From an uncultured Clostridia bacterium (GTDB taxonomy: Bacteria > Bacillota > Clostridia > Oscillospirales > Acutalibacteraceae): a DNA stretch of 64,000 nucleotides. How positions within the stretch are numbered: the first letter of the stretch is position 1; every line of letters begins with the position of its first letter. The notes under the pieces are model-generated. The model was not told where the DNA came from. It saw nothing but the letters and a program-made list of their open reading frames with translations, and did not search any database. This document shows, piece by piece, positions 54,301-63,465 of the stretch. Made by a program: the position numbers and the translations under genes. Location: assembly GCA_947170465.1 (NCBI GenBank), contig CAMVTS010000001.1:3664-67663 (forward strand), read 5' to 3'.

Positions 54301-55052
54301 CAGCAATGAAAATTAAACTTTCAAAAAAGAATAAGGGTAACGAGAAGAAAGCTGTTTCCAATGAGACGTTGTCTGACAAGAGCAAATTCGCCATTGTTGA
54401 AGCCTACAAGAGCGCGCGCTCCAACATCATGTTCTCGCTTTCCGCGGAGGATCAGAAGGTTTTTGCCGTCACCAGTTACTCCAAGGGTGACGGTAAGAGT
54501 ACCGTTTCCTCCAACCTGGCGATTTCCTTCTCAAAGATGGAGCGAAAGGTGCTGCTGCTCGACTGCGACCTTCGCCGTCCGAATCTTCACAACATTTTCA
54601 AGCTCGAAAATACGATAGGCCTTTCCAATGTCATCGGCAAGATGGCGGAGTTTGACGACGTTGTTCATCGCAACGTACTGCCTTGTCTGGATGTTTTGAC
54701 TTCCGGTACGATTCCGCCAAACCCGTCCGAGCTGCTGTATTCTCCGCGGTTCAGGAAGCTTGTCAAGCATCTGTATGAAGAGTATGACTATATCATCTTC
54801 GATACGCCGCCGATTGGCGTTGTTGCTGACGCGCTGCTGCTCAAGGATTTGATTGCGGGCTTTGTTATCGTACTGCGTGAGCGAGCCACCACGCACGGCG
54901 ATGTCCAGAACCTGCTTGAGAGCGTCAAGCTGGCGGATTCCAAGATTCTCGGTTTTATCAAGGTCGGTTGTACCGGCGGCAACAAGGGATACAAAAAGTA
55001 CGGTTACGGCAAGTATTATTACTACCAGTACTATTACCGTGATTCTGAATAA
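54297..55052 (+). CDS. CpsD/CapB-type bacterial tyrosine kinase (BY-kinase)
   Basis: Walker A SYSKGDGKST, A' LLLDCDLRRP and B YIIFDTPP. C-terminal Tyr cluster KGYKKYGYGKYYYYQYYY. GTG 54297 or ATG 54306. Confidence 0.85.
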   Translation: MTAMKIKLSKKNKGNEKKAVSNETLSDKSKFAIVEAYKSARSNIMFSLSAEDQKVFAVTSYSKGDGKSTVSSNLAISFSKMERKVLLLDCDLRRPNLHNIFKLENTIGLSNVIGKMAEFDDVVHRNVLPCLDVLTSGTIPPNPSELLYSPRFRKLVKHLYEEYDYIIFDTPPIGVVADALLLKDLIAGFVIVLRERATTHGDVQNLLESVKLADSKILGFIKVGCTGGNKGYKKYGYGKYYYYQYYYRDSE

Positions 55053-55212
55053 AAAACCAACAATTATTTCAACAGACTTACTAAGCAATCGCATAGTGAG
55101 TCTGTTTTTCTTTTCAAAATTGACGAAATTGCAGGATTTTTGAAAAAGACTTGCATTTTACGCTTTATTGTATTAAAATATTAGGTACATGACATTGCGA
55201 AAAGGAGTTTTT

Positions 55213-56496
55213 ATGATGGAGTATCTGAACGCAGCCGCTCAGGAGCTTGAGCGCGAGTACGAAGGTCTGAAACAACAGTATGAGGACGTCAAGGGCAAGG
55301 GACTGAGCCTGAACATGGCGAGAGGCAAGCCCGGCAAGGCGCAGCTCGACCTTTCACTGGAAATGCTGGACGTTGTCAACAGCAGCTCTGAGTTTGTCGG
55401 CGCAGACGGCATGGACTGCCGCAACTACGGTATTCTGAAGGGCATTGACGAGTGCCGCAAGCTGTTTGGCGAGATTCTCGGCGTGGACAGTGAAAACGTC
55501 ATGGTCGGCGGCAGTTCGAGCCTGAACATGATGTTCGACACCATTTCCTGCCTGATGACAAAGCCCGTTGCCGAGGGCTGCAAGCCCTGGTACGAGGTGC
55601 CTGACAGAAAGTTCCTCTGTCCGGTTCCCGGTTATGACAGACATTTCGGCATCACCCAGTATTACGGCTTCGAGATGATTCCCGTTCCCATGGACGAGAA
55701 CGGTCCCGATATGGATTTGGTTGAAAGGCTGGTTGCAGAGGACGAGAACATCAAGGGTATCTGGTGCGTGCCGAAGTATTCCAACCCTTCCGGCATTACT
55801 TACAGCGATGAAACCGTCAGACGTTTTGCGGCATTGAGGCCGGCTGCGAAGGATTTCCGCATTATGTGGGACAACGCCTATTGTATTCACGACATCAGCG
55901 ACACTCCCGACGAGCTGCTCAACATCTATGACGAGTGCGTCAAGGCAGGCAGCGAGGATATGCCGATTCTGTTCTGCTCAACCTCCAAAATCACCTTCCC
56001 GGGAGCCGGCGTGGCGGCGATGGCAGCTTCCCCGAACAATATGAAGGTGTTCACCGCACGCTATAACTACCAGGTTATCAGCTACGATAAGCTCAACATG
56101 CTGCGCCATGTCAAGTATTTCGGCAGCTACGAGGGCGTGCTCGAGCACATGAAGAAGCACAAGGCGGTGCTTGCGCCGAAGTTTGAAATCGTTCTCAATA
56201 CGTTAGAGGAGCAGCTCAAGCCCACCGGCACGGCTGCATGGACAAAGCCCAACGGCGGCTACTTTGTCAGCGTAGACGTGCTGGAAGGCACGGCGAAGAG
56301 AGTGGTTGCGCTCTGCAAGGAGGCAGGACTGGTGCTCACCGGCGCCGGCGCGACCTATCCGCTAGGCAACGACCCCAAGGACAGCAATATCCGCATTGCG
56401 CCTTCCTTCCCGCCGAACGACGAGCTGCAGGAGGCAATGGACGTGTTCTGCGTCTGCGCCAAGCTGGCGGCATGCGAAAAGCTGCTGCAGGGCTGA
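55213..56496 (+). CDS. class I/II PLP-dependent aminotransferase
   Basis: NMARGKPG...CVPKYSNPSG...STSKITFPGAG (PLP Lys). AAGGAG RBS (track start 55189). Confidence 0.85.
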   Translation: MMEYLNAAAQELEREYEGLKQQYEDVKGKGLSLNMARGKPGKAQLDLSLEMLDVVNSSSEFVGADGMDCRNYGILKGIDECRKLFGEILGVDSENVMVGGSSSLNMMFDTISCLMTKPVAEGCKPWYEVPDRKFLCPVPGYDRHFGITQYYGFEMIPVPMDENGPDMDLVERLVAEDENIKGIWCVPKYSNPSGITYSDETVRRFAALRPAAKDFRIMWDNAYCIHDISDTPDELLNIYDECVKAGSEDMPILFCSTSKITFPGAGVAAMAASPNNMKVFTARYNYQVISYDKLNMLRHVKYFGSYEGVLEHMKKHKAVLAPKFEIVLNTLEEQLKPTGTAAWTKPNGGYFVSVDVLEGTAKRVVALCKEAGLVLTGAGATYPLGNDPKDSNIRIAPSFPPNDELQEAMDVFCVCAKLAACEKLLQG

Positions 56497-56551
56497 GAGT
56501 TGTGCAAACCCTATAAAGATAAAGAAATTTGACGAAATATTTGCAATCCCA

Positions 56552-56619
56552 TTGACAATTTGACAAAAAAATCATATAATAACTCTGTTACGTCTGTAAG
56601 TATGCGCCGTAACAGAGTT
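56552..56619 (+). promoter_or_regulatory. secDF consensus promoter plus perfect 12-bp inverted repeat
   Basis: TTGACA(56552-57)-17-TATAAT(56575-80), followed immediately by aactctgttacg(56581-92)-N15-cgtaacagagtt(56608-19). Confidence 0.55.
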
Positions 56620-56663
56620 ATTCTCGCGCTTGCAGACAAAAATATTACGGAGGTTTCAAAGGC

Positions 56664-58073
56664 ATGAAAAGAGTTCCAAAGCCGGTGTTCTTCATTGTTG
56701 CTTTGCTGATACTTGCCTTTACGTTTACTGCGATTTTCGGAGTATCCTACTACTCAGGCGACAACAAAGTTACAGTACTCAAAGGCATCGGCGACATACG
56801 ATGGGGAATCGACATCAGGGGCGGCGTTGAGGCGACGTTTAAGCCAGCCAACGGTGTAAACGCCACTGATGAGCAGCTCGAATCTGCAAAATCAATCATT
56901 GAGCTTCGTATGATTTCACAGGGTATCACGGACTATGAGCTGTATGCTGACAAGAACAGCGACAGAATTATCGTACGTTTCCCGTGGAAGTCAGACGAAA
57001 AAGAGTTTAACGCGGTCAGCGCAATCGAAGAGATTTCTTCCACCGCGCAGCTGACCTTCCGTCCGGGCAAGTCCTACGAGACGACGGATGTTGGTTCAGA
57101 CGGCAGCTACGTTTACAAGACGCCGACAGGCGAGACCGAGACAATCCTGATGGATGGTTCCAAGGTCGAAAAGGCGGAGGCGCAGTATTATACAGACGAT
57201 AAGGGTAAGGCGCAGTTTGTTGTCAGCCTGACGCTTAACGATGAAGGCAAGCAGACCTTTGCCGACATCACCTCAAAGTATCTCAACCAGACGGTATCCA
57301 TCTGGATGGACGATATCATGCTTTCTGCTCCCACCGTACAGGCGGTTATCTCTGACGGCAAGGCGCAGATTACCGGTAACTTTACCAACACCGAGGCAGC
57401 TCAGCTCGCTGAGAAAATCAACGCCGGTGCGCTGCCCTTCCAGCTCGAGACGTCCAACTACGGCAACATCGACCCAACCCTCGGCGCCAACGCGCTCACC
57501 GCAATGGGTTACGCGGCGGTTATCGCGTTTATTGTCATCATGATTATCATGCTGATTTTCTACCGCCTGCCCGGCTTCGTCGCGATTATCGCGCTGCTCG
57601 GTCAGATGGGACTTTCCGTCGCGGCGGTTTCCGGTTACTTCACGGCAATTCCTTCCTTCACCATGACCCTGCCCGGTATCGCGGGTCTGATTTTGTCCAT
57701 CGGTATGGGCGTTGACTGTAACGTTATTACCGCTGAGCGTATCAAGGAAGAGCTCGCCGCAGGCAGAACGCTTGACGGCGCGCTGGAAAAGGGTACCAAG
57801 AATTCCCTTTCCGCTATCATCGACGGTAACATGACCGTTGTAATCGTATCCATCATTCTGATGCTGGTATTCGGTCCGTCCAACATTCTTTCCTTCATCT
57901 TCGGCGAGTCCACCACCGGTACGATTTATGCATTTGGTTATACCCTTCTCGTAGGTGTTATCTCCAACTTCATCATGGGTATCTTCTTCTCCAGACTGAT
58001 GCTCAGAAGTATTGCAGGCTTCAAGCCTCTGCGCAAAAAATGGTTGTTTGGAGGTGCGAAAAATGAGCAATAA
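56664..58073 (+). CDS. secD: protein translocase subunit SecD
   Basis: 469 aa. Periplasmic-type P1 domain plus 6 TM. ITAERIKEEL. Confidence 0.9.
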   Translation: MKRVPKPVFFIVALLILAFTFTAIFGVSYYSGDNKVTVLKGIGDIRWGIDIRGGVEATFKPANGVNATDEQLESAKSIIELRMISQGITDYELYADKNSDRIIVRFPWKSDEKEFNAVSAIEEISSTAQLTFRPGKSYETTDVGSDGSYVYKTPTGETETILMDGSKVEKAEAQYYTDDKGKAQFVVSLTLNDEGKQTFADITSKYLNQTVSIWMDDIMLSAPTVQAVISDGKAQITGNFTNTEAAQLAEKINAGALPFQLETSNYGNIDPTLGANALTAMGYAAVIAFIVIMIIMLIFYRLPGFVAIIALLGQMGLSVAAVSGYFTAIPSFTMTLPGIAGLILSIGMGVDCNVITAERIKEELAAGRTLDGALEKGTKNSLSAIIDGNMTVVIVSIILMLVFGPSNILSFIFGESTTGTIYAFGYTLLVGVISNFIMGIFFSRLMLRSIAGFKPLRKKWLFGGAKNEQ

Positions 58074-59085
58074 TGTTCAGACCAAGGCAGATGCGCCTAT
58101 GACTGAGCAGGAAATCAGTGAGAAGTTCAATGGCGGCAAGAAGGTCATCGACTTTGTCGGCAAGAGAAAAATCTTCTTCATCATCTCCCTCGCCATCATC
58201 GGCATCGGTATTATCTGCAACTTCATTTTTGGCACCACGCTGGATATCCAGTTCTCCGGCGGTGCTACACTGACCTTCAGCTATAAGGAGAGCGCTGAGC
58301 ATCCGATTGACCACAACGCCCTGTATGATTTCATCCAGGCAAAGACCACTGACAAGATTACCACCGCGTTTTCAACCGATCTGATGGGCAACACCGGCAA
58401 CAAGGTTTCCGTCCAGTTCTCCGGCAACAACTCCATCGAGACCGAAATCCAGAAGAATCTGGAAAAGGAGCTGCAGGCTGAGTATCCCGACAATGAGTTC
58501 ATTTGCCTTGAAGCGAACTCCGTAGACGCGTCGATGGGCTTTAGCTTCCTGCTCAAGTGTCTGGCGGCGGTAGCGCTCGCCAGCATCCTGATGGTGATTT
58601 ACGTCACCATCCGCTTCAAGAAAATCGGCGGTCTCTCCGCAGGTGTGATGGCGCTTGTCGCGCTATTCCACGATGTTGCGATGATTTATTTCCTCTATGT
58701 CATCTTCCAGATGCCGATTGACTCGAACTTCATCGCGGTTGTCCTGATGATTCTCGGTTACTCACTGAACGATACCATCGTTATCTACGACCGTGTCCGT
58801 GAGCAGAGAAAGCTGATGGGCAGAAAGACAGAGATTGGCACGGTGTTCAACGTTTCCGCGTCCAAGACGCTCAAGCGTACCATCATGACCTCTGTCACCA
58901 CCTTCGCGGCAATCCTGATTGTTTACATCATGGCTTCCGTATTCAACATCGCTTCTGTAAAGGGCTTCGCGCTCCCGATGATGATCGGTGTTATCTCCGG
59001 TTGCTATTCCTCCATCTGCATCGCAGGTCCCCTGTGGGTTATGTGGCGCAGACACAAGGACGCCAAAAAGGCGGCTGCAAAATAA
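58063..59085 (+). CDS. secF: protein translocase subunit SecF
   Basis: MSNNVQTK... GGAGG RBS. LGYSLNDTIVIYDRVRE (track start 58012). Confidence 0.9.
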   Translation: MSNNVQTKADAPMTEQEISEKFNGGKKVIDFVGKRKIFFIISLAIIGIGIICNFIFGTTLDIQFSGGATLTFSYKESAEHPIDHNALYDFIQAKTTDKITTAFSTDLMGNTGNKVSVQFSGNNSIETEIQKNLEKELQAEYPDNEFICLEANSVDASMGFSFLLKCLAAVALASILMVIYVTIRFKKIGGLSAGVMALVALFHDVAMIYFLYVIFQMPIDSNFIAVVLMILGYSLNDTIVIYDRVREQRKLMGRKTEIGTVFNVSASKTLKRTIMTSVTTFAAILIVYIMASVFNIASVKGFALPMMIGVISGCYSSICIAGPLWVMWRRHKDAKKAAAK

Positions 59086-59092
59086 AACCACC

Positions 59093-59120
59093 AAACGCTC
59101 CCTTTTTTGGGGAGCGTTTT
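59093..59120. terminator. bidirectional terminator secF / DUF4363
   Basis: aaacgctccc-ttttttg-gggagcgttt. Confidence 0.65.
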
Positions 59121-59123
59121 CGC

Positions 59124-59504
59124 TTACAAAATATTCTCCCACTTCGGCAGTTCGCTGTCGCTGATGGAACCAATCGCTTTTTTGACGGCGGCGCTCTCTG
59201 AAAAATACAGGGGAGCGCTGCCGTTTTCAATATGACTTTTCATTCTGGCGATGGAGGTGCTCACGCTGTCCACATAGTCGTGAATCAGCAGAATGTCCAC
59301 CGTCTGCACCCAGTCGCTCCATTTGCGTTCCAGCATGCCGGAGAGTACGACTGCCTGCTCTGTATCGCCGCGCCGCATATTGCCGTCCAGCTCCTCAATC
59401 TCCTGCAAAAAGGAGTCGGCGCTGTTCTGTATATAGCTCATTTCAAAAATCGCCGCGCCGGTACACGCTGTCAGGAGCAGGAGCGCGATAATCGTCCGTT
59501 TCAT
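59124..59504 (-). CDS. DUF4363-family protein
   Basis: 126 aa. Signal/lipobox-like LLLLTAC. Usual partner of DUF421. Confidence 0.7.
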   Translation of the reverse strand: MKRTIIALLLLTACTGAAIFEMSYIQNSADSFLQEIEELDGNMRRGDTEQAVVLSGMLERKWSDWVQTVDILLIHDYVDSVSTSIARMKSHIENGSAPLYFSESAAVKKAIGSISDSELPKWENIL

Positions 59505-60175
59505 GTGTTTTCCTTTCTGATAATGCGGTATTCGCCGTTGCCGTCCATCGTCATGAGAAAGACGGAATCCAGCCCGATATGATTCTCTGAAAGAATATTA
59601 ACGACCTTCTTTTCATTCTTCTGACACAGTGATAGCCCTTCTTTGAGAATCTTTCCGTCGGAAACGACGACGGATTCCAGCTTGTTGTCCGCAATCACCA
59701 CACCGGCTTCATCGGCTTTCGGAATCCGTTTCTCGGGCTTTTCGAGAATACTCAGCGCGCCGTTAGTCTCGACAATGCAGTATTGCACGTCGTCGAGTGA
59801 GAACACATTCTGCTGCCGCAGCTGTTCCATCAGGTCGCTGTTGGTCATGCGCAGCCGCTTCATCTGCTTTTGCAGGAGCTTGCCGTCCTCAATGACGACC
59901 ACCGGATTGCCGCAGACCAGCTTGCGCACGGTGCGGCTTTTCATCATGAGCACGCTTGTCAGAATTTCCAGACCGACCAGAATCAGCACCGGAATGATAC
60001 CGCTCAAAAGCGGCTGCGAGGTGTTCTGCATGGGCAGTGAGGCGATATCCGACACCACCAGCGTGACGACCAGCTCGCTTGGCTGCATGTCGCTGATTTG
60101 GCGCTTGCCCATCAGCCGGATAGCCGTGATAATAAAAATGTAGAGAATCAATGTGCGCACAATTGCGATTAACAT
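59501..60175 (-). CDS. DUF421 (YetF/YdfS-like) membrane protein
   Basis: MLIAIVRTLILYIFIITAIRLMGKRQISDMQPSELVVTL. Confidence 0.8.
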   Translation of the reverse strand: MLIAIVRTLILYIFIITAIRLMGKRQISDMQPSELVVTLVVSDIASLPMQNTSQPLLSGIIPVLILVGLEILTSVLMMKSRTVRKLVCGNPVVVIEDGKLLQKQMKRLRMTNSDLMEQLRQQNVFSLDDVQYCIVETNGALSILEKPEKRIPKADEAGVVIADNKLESVVVSDGKILKEGLSLCQKNEKKVVNILSENHIGLDSVFLMTMDGNGEYRIIRKENT

Positions 60176-60193
60176 AACATCACCGCCGTTATT

Positions 60194-61729
60194 ATGCGCT
60201 GTCCGGTAAGATTTATACGTGGAATAATCACGGAAAAACGGTCAAAACTGTCATTGGTGATACTTTTGAAAAATTCCGTAAAAGAAATAAAATTGAACCT
60301 GCATACGCGGTTTGCCGATTCCGCCGATTTGACCATCCGCGAGATAACGCTGAAATCGACCTCTGGGTTGACTGCCGCCGTGATAACTATGGAAGGCTTG
60401 GTCGACAAGGAGCAGCTCGCCCAGAGCGTGCTCAATCCTCTGATGGTCTATGATTTCGGAAGCATGCCGCCGCAGAAGGCGGCGGAAACGATTCAAAACG
60501 CCGTCGCGGCGGCAGCGGATTTGCTGACGTTCACGACCGTTGACGAGTTGGTGACGTATATCACCTCCGGCTTTGCGGTGCTGGTGGTTGACGGCGCTGA
60601 AATCATGCTTGCCGCCGGCACGCAGGGCTATGCCTTCCGCAGTGTGAGCGAGCCGGAGAGTGAGGTTGTCCAGCGCGGTTCCAGAGAGGGCTTCAGCGAG
60701 CCGCTGCGCGTGAACATGTCTTTATTGCGCCGGAGAATGAAAAGTCCGGAGCTTGTTTTTGAGCAGCTGACCGTCGGCAGTGAGTCACAGACGCAGCTCA
60801 TGCTCTGCTATATCCAGTCGAAGGTCTCCGGACAGCTCCTCGAAACACTCCGCAGCCGGCTGAACGAATGCCGTCTGGAAACCGTCCTCGGCGCAGGCTA
60901 TCTCTCGGACTATCTCGAGGATAAGAACACCAGCCGCCTGTTTTCCGGTGTAGGCATTTCCGAGCGCCCCGATACCGTCTGCGGCAAGCTGACCGAGGGC
61001 AGAATCGCGATTATCGTTGACGGCACTCCGGCGGTATTGATTGTACCGAGGCTGTTCGTCGAGGAATTTCAGGGCGTGGACGACTATTCCAACCGCACCT
61101 ATTACGCGACCTTTATCCGGCTGCTGAAATACCTGTCGTTCTTTATCGCGGTATTCCTGCCGGGACTTTACGTCGCCCTGGCGCAGTTCCATCCGGAATA
61201 TATCCCCAGCTTTATTCTCATCAAAACCGCCGAGGCGTTGTCACAGACGCCGCTGCCGGTGACAATGGAGGTGCTGATGATGACGCTCGTGTACGAAATT
61301 ATGAAGGAAGCCGGACTGCGGATTCCGAAATCCCTGGCGCACGCCGTCAGCATCGTCGGCGCGCTGGTGATAGGAGAGAGTGCCGTTACCGCCGGCATTA
61401 TCAGCTCGTCCACCCTGATGGTCGTCGCCACCGCCGCGATATGCAGCTATGTCACCGCCTCGCTCTATCCGCCGATTATGGCGCTGCGGCTGGTCTTTAT
61501 CGTCGTCGGCGGTCTTGCCGGATTGTGGGGAATCGTCCTCGCGACGGCGGTGGTGATTATCAGCCTGTGCTCCAAAACCTCTCTCGGCGTGCCCTATATG
61601 TCTTCCCTGTCGCCGTTTTCTCTGCGCCGCATGAGGGACGTTTTCCTGCGCGTGAGCTGGAAGGCGCTCGGCAAGCACACCATCCGCGTCCAGAAATTCC
61701 CCGAAACGGAGGTTGACCATGCCCATTGA
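60194..61729 (+). CDS. spore germination receptor A subunit (GerA family)
   Basis: ISERPDTVCGKLTEGRIAIIVDGTPAVLIVPRLFVEEFQGVDDYSNR. The true start is probably downstream of the track start. Confidence 0.85.
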   Translation: MRCPVRFIRGIITEKRSKLSLVILLKNSVKEIKLNLHTRFADSADLTIREITLKSTSGLTAAVITMEGLVDKEQLAQSVLNPLMVYDFGSMPPQKAAETIQNAVAAAADLLTFTTVDELVTYITSGFAVLVVDGAEIMLAAGTQGYAFRSVSEPESEVVQRGSREGFSEPLRVNMSLLRRRMKSPELVFEQLTVGSESQTQLMLCYIQSKVSGQLLETLRSRLNECRLETVLGAGYLSDYLEDKNTSRLFSGVGISERPDTVCGKLTEGRIAIIVDGTPAVLIVPRLFVEEFQGVDDYSNRTYYATFIRLLKYLSFFIAVFLPGLYVALAQFHPEYIPSFILIKTAEALSQTPLPVTMEVLMMTLVYEIMKEAGLRIPKSLAHAVSIVGALVIGESAVTAGIISSSTLMVVATAAICSYVTASLYPPIMALRLVFIVVGGLAGLWGIVLATAVVIISLCSKTSLGVPYMSSLSPFSLRRMRDVFLRVSWKALGKHTIRVQKFPETEVDHAH

Positions 61730-62792
61730 AACGCCGTTTTCCTCCAAACGCTTTCTCCTCGCCCTCATGCTTGCCGCCTGTTCGGTCATTCTCCTGCAAA
61801 ATAACAGCCTTTCAAAAAACAGCTCTTTCCTCTTTGAGCTGGCATGTATGGCGGCAGGACTCCTGATTTGCTTCCTCTGCTTTATTCCGGCGCTGATGCT
61901 GAGAAAAATGCGCGGCGCTGATATCCTGCGGCTTTCCACGCGGTCACCGGCGTTTATCAAGCTGCCTGTCGCGGTGTTCTACGCCTGTTATTTCGTTTAT
62001 ACCGCGCTGTATTTTCTGATACCCTACACCGACATGTTCCATTCCAAATACTACCCCGGCGTGAGTCCCTGTCTGATTACGGTCGTCCTGCTCGGCTGCT
62101 GCGTCTATGCCGCCGTCAAGGGCGTGAACGTGGTAACGCGCTTCGGCATTTTTCTGTTCCTCTTTGCCATGCTCACCAATATTTTGATGTTCGGCGGCAA
62201 TCTGACCGCCCTGGAGCTGACGGCAAGCAGCGTTTCATGGCAGGGCAATGCCGGCGATTTCTGGCAGAATACGCGGTATTTTCTCACGCCGGCTTTTATC
62301 GCGGTGGTGTTCGCCTGCCTGAATGCCGATATCCGCAATTTTCGTCTGCGGCAGCCGGTATGCGCCCTGTTCTTCACCGGACTGAAATACGCGGCGGTGC
62401 TGTTCTTTATCCGGTTTGCCGTCGGCGCCTATGCCTCACGGCAGGAATACCCGACCTTTGTGCTGTCCAGAACCGCGCATTTTGACCGCTTTGCCGGTGT
62501 GGAGAGCTTCTATCTCGCGCTCGCCACCATGTCGGTATTCATGATTATTTCACTCCTGCTCTGCTGCGTCACCAAGGCGATTGACCGCGAAAAGAACCTC
62601 AGAACTGTCATCTTGTTCACCCTGATTCTGTTGGCGGCGTACACCGTATCCGCCTATCTTCATTCTGCAAAAGAAATATTAACCAATCCGAATATCTTTA
62701 TTATCTTCACCGGTATCGCGGCGCTGCTGCCGTTATCCGGACTGATTATGGGGAGGAAGTCAAATGTGCCGACTCTTGTGCATAGTATGTAG
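61719..62792 (+). CDS. spore germination receptor B subunit (GerAB-type permease)
   Basis: 10-TM APC-like protein. GGAGG RBS before ATG 61719. Overlaps the gerA-type stop. Confidence 0.75.
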   Translation: MPIETPFSSKRFLLALMLAACSVILLQNNSLSKNSSFLFELACMAAGLLICFLCFIPALMLRKMRGADILRLSTRSPAFIKLPVAVFYACYFVYTALYFLIPYTDMFHSKYYPGVSPCLITVVLLGCCVYAAVKGVNVVTRFGIFLFLFAMLTNILMFGGNLTALELTASSVSWQGNAGDFWQNTRYFLTPAFIAVVFACLNADIRNFRLRQPVCALFFTGLKYAAVLFFIRFAVGAYASRQEYPTFVLSRTAHFDRFAGVESFYLALATMSVFMIISLLLCCVTKAIDREKNLRTVILFTLILLAAYTVSAYLHSAKEILTNPNIFIIFTGIAALLPLSGLIMGRKSNVPTLVHSM

Positions 62793-63369
62793 CATGGCGC
62801 TGACGCTCCTGCTGACGGGCTGCAGCAATTCCCGACAGATTGAGAGCGCCGCGATTATCGAAAATGTCAGCGTCGACCGTCAGGACGGCAGGCTGGTTTA
62901 CACCTTTTACCGCCTGACAAGCGGCGACAAGCCGTGGGGCATTTCCGTCAGCGCGGAGAGCTTCGAGGAAGCCTGCAAACGCGCCTCCGAGGAATATATT
63001 CCCAATTTGTCGCTGTCAAAGCTCGAATTGCTTTTAATCAGCGAGGACGCGGCACAAGCCGTTATGAAAACGGATTTGCCGTATGTCGCGACCCAGCCGT
63101 TTTTCTCGCCGGTAGCGTATTTGACGCTCTGCGACGACCGCACCATGGAGGAATTTGAGAAAACCAACCGGACGCAGCAATTAATCGAGCAGCAGTTAAT
63201 TCTCTTGAAGAATCATAACCCTTCCGTGAGCATTGATTACCTCTCCGTATTCAATCATCTTGCCGCCGGAAGGGAGGAAGGTTTTCCGGTAGCGTTTATT
63301 TATTCTGAAAAAGAATTAAAAGTGGCGGAATATCGCCTTTATACAAAAAAATTGACGAAAAATAACTAA
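62764..63369 (+). CDS. short Ger(x)C-like germination lipoprotein (201 aa)
   Basis: Lipobox LLLTGC, then SRQIESAAIIENVSVD typical of the GerC N-terminus. GGAGGAAG RBS. Overlaps the B-subunit stop. Confidence 0.6.
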   Translation: MCRLLCIVCSMALTLLLTGCSNSRQIESAAIIENVSVDRQDGRLVYTFYRLTSGDKPWGISVSAESFEEACKRASEEYIPNLSLSKLELLLISEDAAQAVMKTDLPYVATQPFFSPVAYLTLCDDRTMEEFEKTNRTQQLIEQQLILLKNHNPSVSIDYLSVFNHLAAGREEGFPVAFIYSEKELKVAEYRLYTKKLTKNN

Positions 63370-63465
63370 AATAATTCATTAAAAGACTTTATCTCTGCCG
63401 CAAAATGTTGTATAATATAACTTAACTGTATAGTGGTTATACTATTTTTAAAAGGCGGTGGCGGT

